Of a stretch of 64,000 nt of DNA, positions 58,282 through 64,000 are shown piece by piece (the first letter of the stretch is position 1; each line of letters opens with the position of its first letter). Location of the stretch: assembly GCA_963678385.1 (NCBI GenBank), contig OY782829.1, positions 781,397-845,396 of the forward strand, read 5' to 3'. Under the pieces are notes generated by a model that worked only from the letters and a program-made list of their open reading frames with translations, was not told where the DNA came from and did no database searches. This stretch comes from Anaerovoracaceae bacterium. GTDB lineage: Bacteria; Bacillota; Clostridia; Peptostreptococcales; Anaerovoracaceae. A program made the translations under genes and the position numbers.

Positions 58282-59178
58282 ATGGATAAGATAAAAATCG
58301 ATCATCTGAATACGGAAAGGCGTAATCCCAGAACCCTTGACATGGACGCCATGTCGCCCATGGAGCTGATCCATGTCATGAACGAGGAGGATCAAAAGGT
58401 CGTCGAAACCGTGAGGGAAGCCCTGCCGCAGATCGGATCGAGCATCCGTCTGGTCATAGAGGCTTTAAGCCGGAATGGCAGGCTCATCTATATGGGCGCC
58501 GGAACCAGCGGAAGACTGGGGATCCTGGACGCCGTGGAATGTGCTCCGACCTTTTCAGCCGAAGATCAAGTGATCGGTATCATGGCGGGAGGCGAAAAGG
58601 CCTTCGTGAAAGCGGTGGAAGGAGCCGAGGATTCCGAGGAACTGGCGGCGGAAGACCTGGATAAGGTCTATATCGGCGAAAACGACGTCGTTGTCGCGAT
58701 AGCAGCCTCAGGACGGACCCCCTACGCCATAGGCGCTCTGAAATATGCCAGAATCAAAGGGGCGAAATGCGTAAGCATTTCATGCAATAAGGATGCTGTT
58801 CTGTCCGCGTATGCCGACGTCGCCATAGAGGTTGACGCGGGGCCTGAAGTGCTGACCGGTTCGACGAGACTAAAAGCGGGCACCTGCCAGAAAATCATTC
58901 TGAACATGATCTCCACCGCCTCCATGGTGGGAATCGGTAAAGTATACGGAAATCTGATGGTCGATATGAAAGCCACCAACGGCAAACTTTTCGAGCGGGC
59001 GAAAGGAATCGTGACGGAAAGCACCGGCTGCGATTCCGAAACCGCGGTAAAAATACTGGAGCAGACGGATTACAACAGTAAAACAGCCATCGTAATGATA
59101 CTCGCCGGGATCACGAAAGAAGAAGCCGAAGCAAGGTTAGAGGAACATCGCGGCTTCGTAAGAGAATGTATCCGGTGA
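58282..59178 (+). CDS. murQ: N-acetylmuramic acid 6-phosphate etherase
   Basis: TERRNP, GAGTSGRLGILDAVEC, GAEDSEE, GPEVLTGSTRLKAGT, KVYGNLMVD. Confidence 0.95.
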   Translation: MDKIKIDHLNTERRNPRTLDMDAMSPMELIHVMNEEDQKVVETVREALPQIGSSIRLVIEALSRNGRLIYMGAGTSGRLGILDAVECAPTFSAEDQVIGIMAGGEKAFVKAVEGAEDSEELAAEDLDKVYIGENDVVVAIAASGRTPYAIGALKYARIKGAKCVSISCNKDAVLSAYADVAIEVDAGPEVLTGSTRLKAGTCQKIILNMISTASMVGIGKVYGNLMVDMKATNGKLFERAKGIVTESTGCDSETAVKILEQTDYNSKTAIVMILAGITKEEAEARLEEHRGFVRECIR

Positions 59179-59203
59179 TCAAAAAGGAGAAAGGAGGGAG
59201 CAA

Positions 59204-59692
59204 ATGGGAAAGACATATGTGAGAGTGGACGACAGATTGATCCACGGACAGACGATCGTGGCTTGGTGTCCGACGCTTTCCATCAAGGAGATCATCGCCA
59301 TCGACGATGATAGTGCAAAGAATCCAACGCTGAAGTCGATCATGAAAATGGGCGTTCCTTCAACTTATACCACACATATCGTAACCACGGAGGAAGCGAG
59401 AGAACTTCTGTCGCAGGAAAGCGGCGTAAACCGTCTTGTCATAGTAAGGCTGCCTGAGAAACTGCCGGAAATCGAGGAAGGCGTCTCGAAGGCGGAATCC
59501 GTTACGCTGGGCAACATCGCGAAACGGGAAGATACGGTTCACAAGGTGAGCGGCGCCACCGGCATTTTCTATCTGAGCGACCGTGACGTAGCCATCATGG
59601 ACAATATAGCGTCCAAGGGTACGGAAGTTTGTTTTCAGCAGCTGCCGAACACATCTAAGACGACCTGGGAAGCATTTAAAAAATCTTTATAA
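59204..59692 (+). CDS. PTS mannose/sorbose family EIIB
   Basis: RVDDRLIHGQ. Confidence 0.92.
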   Translation: MGKTYVRVDDRLIHGQTIVAWCPTLSIKEIIAIDDDSAKNPTLKSIMKMGVPSTYTTHIVTTEEARELLSQESGVNRLVIVRLPEKLPEIEEGVSKAESVTLGNIAKREDTVHKVSGATGIFYLSDRDVAIMDNIASKGTEVCFQQLPNTSKTTWEAFKKSL

Positions 59693-59717
59693 GGGAAAGT
59701 AATAAAAGGAGGAAAAC

Positions 59718-60509
59718 ATGGAGATTTATCAAATTATTCTGATTGCCCTGTTTGTATACCTGGGCGCCATCGGTTCCGTCGTCGGAAACACAATCGGCTG
59801 GTATACGCTGGGAAGACCTCTTGTCGCCGCTCTCGTAGTCGGAGTGATCCTGGGGGACGTCCAGACCGCTATGATCGTCGGTATTCCGCTCCAAATCATG
59901 TATATGGGTAACGTTACGCCTGGCGGAGCAGTTGCCTGGGATTTATCTTACGCTACATACATCGGCGTAACGGGAGCAATTGTATTCGGAAACGGCCTTG
60001 ATACGGCCGGAGTGATCGGTTTGGCAGTCGTGTTTGCCGGAATCGGCGGACTGGTCGGCCAGATAATGTGGAACGTGTCCTATGCGCTGAACCTTCCTTT
60101 GAACCGCGTGGCACAAAGATACGCTGCAGAAGGCGCGACAAAGAAAATGTTTATCCCTAACGTGGTACTCGGACAAACGATCGGATTTTTATGCCGGTTC
60201 GTACCTGCAATCATTGTTTTAACTTCCATGACCGCAGCCTCCGCACAGGCGGATTTCGCAGCGATCATCCCGGGCTGGGTAACCACTGTTTTGGGCGTTT
60301 TCGGCGGCATGATGGCTTCCCTCGGTATGGGAATCATCCTATCGTTCCTGCTTAAGAAAAAGTATCACATCGTAATCTTCCTGGCCGGATTTATCCTTGT
60401 AACATACTTTAACCTTACGACCATGGCTGTCGCAATCGTCGCGATCATAACGGCGATCTTGTATTACGTAGCAAACGCAAGCCTGGAATCCAAGAAAGGA
60501 GTGGCGTAA
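59718..60509 (+). CDS. PTS mannose/sorbose family EIIC
   Basis: RPLVAALVVGVILGD, GNVTPGGA. Confidence 0.9.
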   Translation: MEIYQIILIALFVYLGAIGSVVGNTIGWYTLGRPLVAALVVGVILGDVQTAMIVGIPLQIMYMGNVTPGGAVAWDLSYATYIGVTGAIVFGNGLDTAGVIGLAVVFAGIGGLVGQIMWNVSYALNLPLNRVAQRYAAEGATKKMFIPNVVLGQTIGFLCRFVPAIIVLTSMTAASAQADFAAIIPGWVTTVLGVFGGMMASLGMGIILSFLLKKKYHIVIFLAGFILVTYFNLTTMAVAIVAIITAILYYVANASLESKKGVA

Positions 60510-60511
60510 CA

Positions 60512-61378
60512 ATGGCTAAAAAAATCAGTTTCAAAACACTGAAAAAAGCATGGGTCAATTGGTTCTTCTGGCACGGCTGTTCGCAGCAGGCGGAAAGCAT
60601 GCTCGGTATGTCCTTCGCCCAGTCTATGGCTCCTGTCATCGATGAATTATATGACACAAAGGAAGAAAAGGCGGAAGCCCTGAAAAGACATTTGACATTA
60701 TTCAATACGGAGCAGCAGGTCGGTTCCATTTGTAACGGTATCGTCTGCGGTCTGGAAGAAGCCAACTCCAACAAGGAATGTACCCCTGAACTGATCAGCA
60801 GCGTCAAGGTCGCCCTCATCGGACCGACCTCAGCAATCGGTGACTCCTTATGGGTCGCAACAATCATTCCGATCCTGTTGACCATCTGTCTGTCCATATC
60901 CCAGGCTTCTCCGTCAACATCCTGGCTGGGACCTGTGATCTATATGGTCGTTTACCCAATCGGCACCGCAATCTTAAGCTGGAATCTGTTCAAACTCGGC
61001 TACAAGTCCGGACTGGACGGGATGCACACCTTCATGTCCACAGGGAAGCTCGACTCGCTGACCGAGACCATGACTGTTCTGGGCCTGACTGTAGTCGGAG
61101 CGCTGACGGCGTCCTTCGTTACCGTTTCCGTACCGTTTAAAATCGTAAGGGACGTATTCGATGCAACAACGGGCGAGGTACTGAAAGATCAGGTGATTTT
61201 CGAAGCGGACAAAATGCTGAACGCGATTTTCCCGAAACTGCTTCCATTGCTCCTGACTTTGGGTGTATATTACTTGTATTCAAAGAAAAAGTGGTCCCCT
61301 CTCAAGCTGATGGGGCTGATCCTTGTCATCGCAGGTATCTTCACATTCGTCGGATACGCAACAGGTTTCTATGTATAA
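60512..61378 (+). CDS. PTS mannose/sorbose family EIID
   Basis: LFNTE, KVALIGPTSAIGDS, LGLTVVGAL. Confidence 0.92.
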   Translation: MAKKISFKTLKKAWVNWFFWHGCSQQAESMLGMSFAQSMAPVIDELYDTKEEKAEALKRHLTLFNTEQQVGSICNGIVCGLEEANSNKECTPELISSVKVALIGPTSAIGDSLWVATIIPILLTICLSISQASPSTSWLGPVIYMVVYPIGTAILSWNLFKLGYKSGLDGMHTFMSTGKLDSLTETMTVLGLTVVGALTASFVTVSVPFKIVRDVFDATTGEVLKDQVIFEADKMLNAIFPKLLPLLLTLGVYYLYSKKKWSPLKLMGLILVIAGIFTFVGYATGFYV

Positions 61379-61479
61379 AAAACCAATAAACTGACAGCTA
61401 TTAATAAAGCAGAGACCTTAATGCGGGATCGTGTTAAGGTCTCTGTTGAAAAAAACACTGGCCTGATATGGAGGGAACA

Positions 61480-61887
61480 ATGAAAAGAATTATCGTGATC
61501 GGACACGGCGGATATGCCGAGGGCATCCGGCAGAACCTGGAAATGATCGCGGGACCGCGCGATAACATGTACTTTCTGGATTTGACGAAGGATATCGACC
61601 TGGCCGCGCTGGAGCAAAAAGTCAAAGGTTTGCTGGACAGATTTCCTGAGGACGAAGTATTGTTTGCCTGCGATCTGCTGGGTGCGTCTCCCTTTCAGGT
61701 GGCAGCCATGCGGTGTGCGGAGAACCCCGGAAGGTATTTCGCCGTCGCCGGATTGAACACCATGGCGCTTTTGGAGACCAGCATGAATGCGGAAAGTGAA
61801 ATGACCATCGAAGAGCTTGCAGATTTTGCCGTTGAAACGACAAAAGCGGCAGTAGCCAGATTTCCGGAGAAAGAAAATGGAATATAA
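61480..61887 (+). CDS. PTS mannose/fructose family EIIA
   Basis: IVIGHGGYAEG, CDLLGASPF, AGLN. Confidence 0.9.
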   Translation: MKRIIVIGHGGYAEGIRQNLEMIAGPRDNMYFLDLTKDIDLAALEQKVKGLLDRFPEDEVLFACDLLGASPFQVAAMRCAENPGRYFAVAGLNTMALLETSMNAESEMTIEELADFAVETTKAAVARFPEKENGI

Positions 61888-63616
61888 AGGAATTATCGGT
61901 TCCGGCGGAATCGTGATCGGCAAGGCGCTGATCTATAAAAAAGAAGAAATGACCATCGAACGCGGCGCCATCGGAGAAGACGCTTTAAAAGCGGAACTGG
62001 AAAAGGTGGACGAAGCTCTGCGGACGTCGGGGGATCAGATCCGAGGGATCCTGAAAAAAGCTTCGCAAGAATTCGGAGCGGACGAAGCTTCCATTTTCAG
62101 CGCCCATCTGATGATCCTGGAGGATCCGGAGCTGATTGGCGGAATCAAGGCAAAGATCGCAGACGATATGATCTCTGCCCCGTATGCCGCCAGCCAGGTG
62201 ATCGACAGCTATGTTGAGATCTTTTCCTCAATGGAGGACGAATATCTCCGAGAACGCGCCGCCGACGTCAGGGACGTAGGAAACCGGCTGATCCGAAATC
62301 TGCTGGGAATCAAGGACCGGGATATCGGAAGACTGGATGAGGACGTGATCATAGCGGCCCACGATCTTACGCCTTCCGATACGGCTCTCATGGATAAAAA
62401 GCATGTGAAGGGCTTTATGACAAACATCGGGGGAAGGACTTCCCATACCGCCATCATGGCCAGAAGTCTCGAGATCCCTGCGATTTTAGGACTGCATGAC
62501 ATCACGGAAAAGGTCCGTGATGGAGAAACCGTCATCATCGACGCAATGGCCGGCAAGGTGATCGTATCGCCGGAGGTCGCAGTACTTGAACAATATCGAA
62601 AGAAAATCGATCAATATGATCATTACAAAAATGAATTGAAATCAATCGCAAAGCTGCCATCTGTAACACTCGACGGCCGTCATATCGAAATCGCGGCAAA
62701 CATCGGAGGACCGTCGGAGGTGGATTCCGTTCTGGAATACGGAGGCGACGGCGTTGGATTATATAGAACCGAGTTCCTGTATATGGATCGGGACAGCGTA
62801 CCCAGTGAAGAGGAACAGTACGAAGCCTATCGGACCGTCGCAGAAAAACTGGGCGGAAAGCCTGTGATCATCAGGACCCTTGATATCGGCGGTGATAAAA
62901 AACTGCCCTATCTGCCGCTGCAGGATGAAATGAATCCGTTCCTCGGCTTCCGGGCCATAAGGCTGTGCTTTGAAATGCGCGATCTGTTCAGGACTCAGCT
63001 CAGGGCCATCCTGAGAGCAAGCGCCGGAAATAATATTCTTATAATGTATCCGATGATCTCCGGCGTGGAAGAAGTGATCCAGGCCAACGGGATCCTGGAG
63101 GAGGCGAAAAACGAACTGAGGGCTTCCGGGACTCCCTTTGACGAAAACATCAAGCGCGGAGTCATGATCGAGATCCCATCCGCCGCGTTAACGGCGGACC
63201 TGATCGTCAGTGAGGTCGATTTCTTCAGCATCGGAACCAACGATCTCTGTCAGTATACGCTGGCGGTAGACCGGATGAATGAAAAGGTGAGCTATCTCTA
63301 TCAGCCGTTCCATCCTGGCGTACTGAGGCTGATCAAAAATGTCATCGACGTATCCCACAAGGCCGGGAAATTCACCGGAATGTGCGGCGAGATGGCCGGA
63401 GAACCCGGCGCGGCGCTGCTGCTTGCAGGGTTGGGTATCGATGAGCTGAGCATGAGCGCGTCTTCCATGCTTTTAGTAAAAAAGATCATCAGGGGAGTTG
63501 CTCAAAAAGACGCAGAGAGAATTGCCGACCATGTCATGACCCTTGGGTCCGCGGAAGAAATTCGGGCTTATTGCGAAGGGGCATTGAAAGAATTGAAATT
63601 AATACAGGAGGACTGA
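61877..63616 (+). CDS. ptsI: PTS enzyme I, copy 2
   Basis: GGRTSHTAIMAR, GVGLYRTEFL, RTLDIGGDK, FFSIGTNDL, GMCGEMAG. Confidence 0.95.
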   Translation: MEYKGIIGSGGIVIGKALIYKKEEMTIERGAIGEDALKAELEKVDEALRTSGDQIRGILKKASQEFGADEASIFSAHLMILEDPELIGGIKAKIADDMISAPYAASQVIDSYVEIFSSMEDEYLRERAADVRDVGNRLIRNLLGIKDRDIGRLDEDVIIAAHDLTPSDTALMDKKHVKGFMTNIGGRTSHTAIMARSLEIPAILGLHDITEKVRDGETVIIDAMAGKVIVSPEVAVLEQYRKKIDQYDHYKNELKSIAKLPSVTLDGRHIEIAANIGGPSEVDSVLEYGGDGVGLYRTEFLYMDRDSVPSEEEQYEAYRTVAEKLGGKPVIIRTLDIGGDKKLPYLPLQDEMNPFLGFRAIRLCFEMRDLFRTQLRAILRASAGNNILIMYPMISGVEEVIQANGILEEAKNELRASGTPFDENIKRGVMIEIPSAALTADLIVSEVDFFSIGTNDLCQYTLAVDRMNEKVSYLYQPFHPGVLRLIKNVIDVSHKAGKFTGMCGEMAGEPGAALLLAGLGIDELSMSASSMLLVKKIIRGVAQKDAERIADHVMTLGSAEEIRAYCEGALKELKLIQED

Positions 63617-63617
63617 C

Positions 63618-63884
63618 ATGTATTCAGAAACAATTGTTGTTGAAAATAAAACAGGACTGCACGCGCGACCCGCGGCTGCCTTTGTGCAGGCCGCGATGAA
63701 ATTCAAATCCAATATTACAATTGAGAAGGACTCAAAGCAGGCCAACGCCAAGTCCATGCTTTCGCTGCTTTCTATCGGAGCGTCCATGGGCAGTACGGTG
63801 AAGATCACGGCGGAGGGCGAAGACGAAAATGCGGCCGTAAAAGCCTTGACTGATCTGATTCGCTCGAAATTCGGAGAGGAATAG
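63618..63884 (+). CDS. ptsH: HPr, copy 2 (His15 and Ser46 present)
   Basis: GLHARPA, NAKSML. Confidence 0.92.
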   Translation: MYSETIVVENKTGLHARPAAAFVQAAMKFKSNITIEKDSKQANAKSMLSLLSIGASMGSTVKITAEGEDENAAVKALTDLIRSKFGEE

Positions 63885-63979
63885 CTGCGAACATGGCATT
63901 CCGAAAGGATATAAACATTTACCGCATTCTATGGTAAAATACATTCAAGTAGGTATGTTAATATGTTAGGAGTAGATAC

Positions 63980-64000
63980 ATGGAACATAAAGTTGCAAAA
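63980..64000 (+). CDS. Start of the next gene, truncated by the window edge
   Basis: AGGAG RBS then ATG GAA CAT AAA GTT GCA AAA. Confidence 0.5.

Overview
Chromosomal window from an anaerobic Firmicute (Clostridia-like RBS, sigma-A promoters, SLH protein, PTS); the taxon is inferred, not determined. Left to right: truncated MFS gene; tRNA-Val(CAC)/tRNA-Ala(CGC) followed by a duplicated tRNA 3' end and a small accessory islet (membrane protein, XRE, RsmH paralogue); housekeeping-type genes; a MalT/LuxR regulator-DUF2442-SLH surface protein module with two identically spaced palindromic operator/promoter units and five 270-bp Ig repeats; about 21 kb of unassigned sugar/polyol catabolism (GntR and ROK clusters, ABC importer, D-allulose 3-epimerase-like enzyme); a Lac-family PTS operon with its own EI/HPr and no glycosidase; a receiver-domain dikinase-like protein; a 3.2 x 102-bp structured intergenic array; a split transketolase + tandem SCP2-like + ALDH operon; and a GNAT-deacetylase-murQ-mannose-type PTS operon with a second EI/HPr pair. 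No integrase, transposase, CRISPR array or rRNA was seen. All protein calls come from motif recognition by eye, without database searches.
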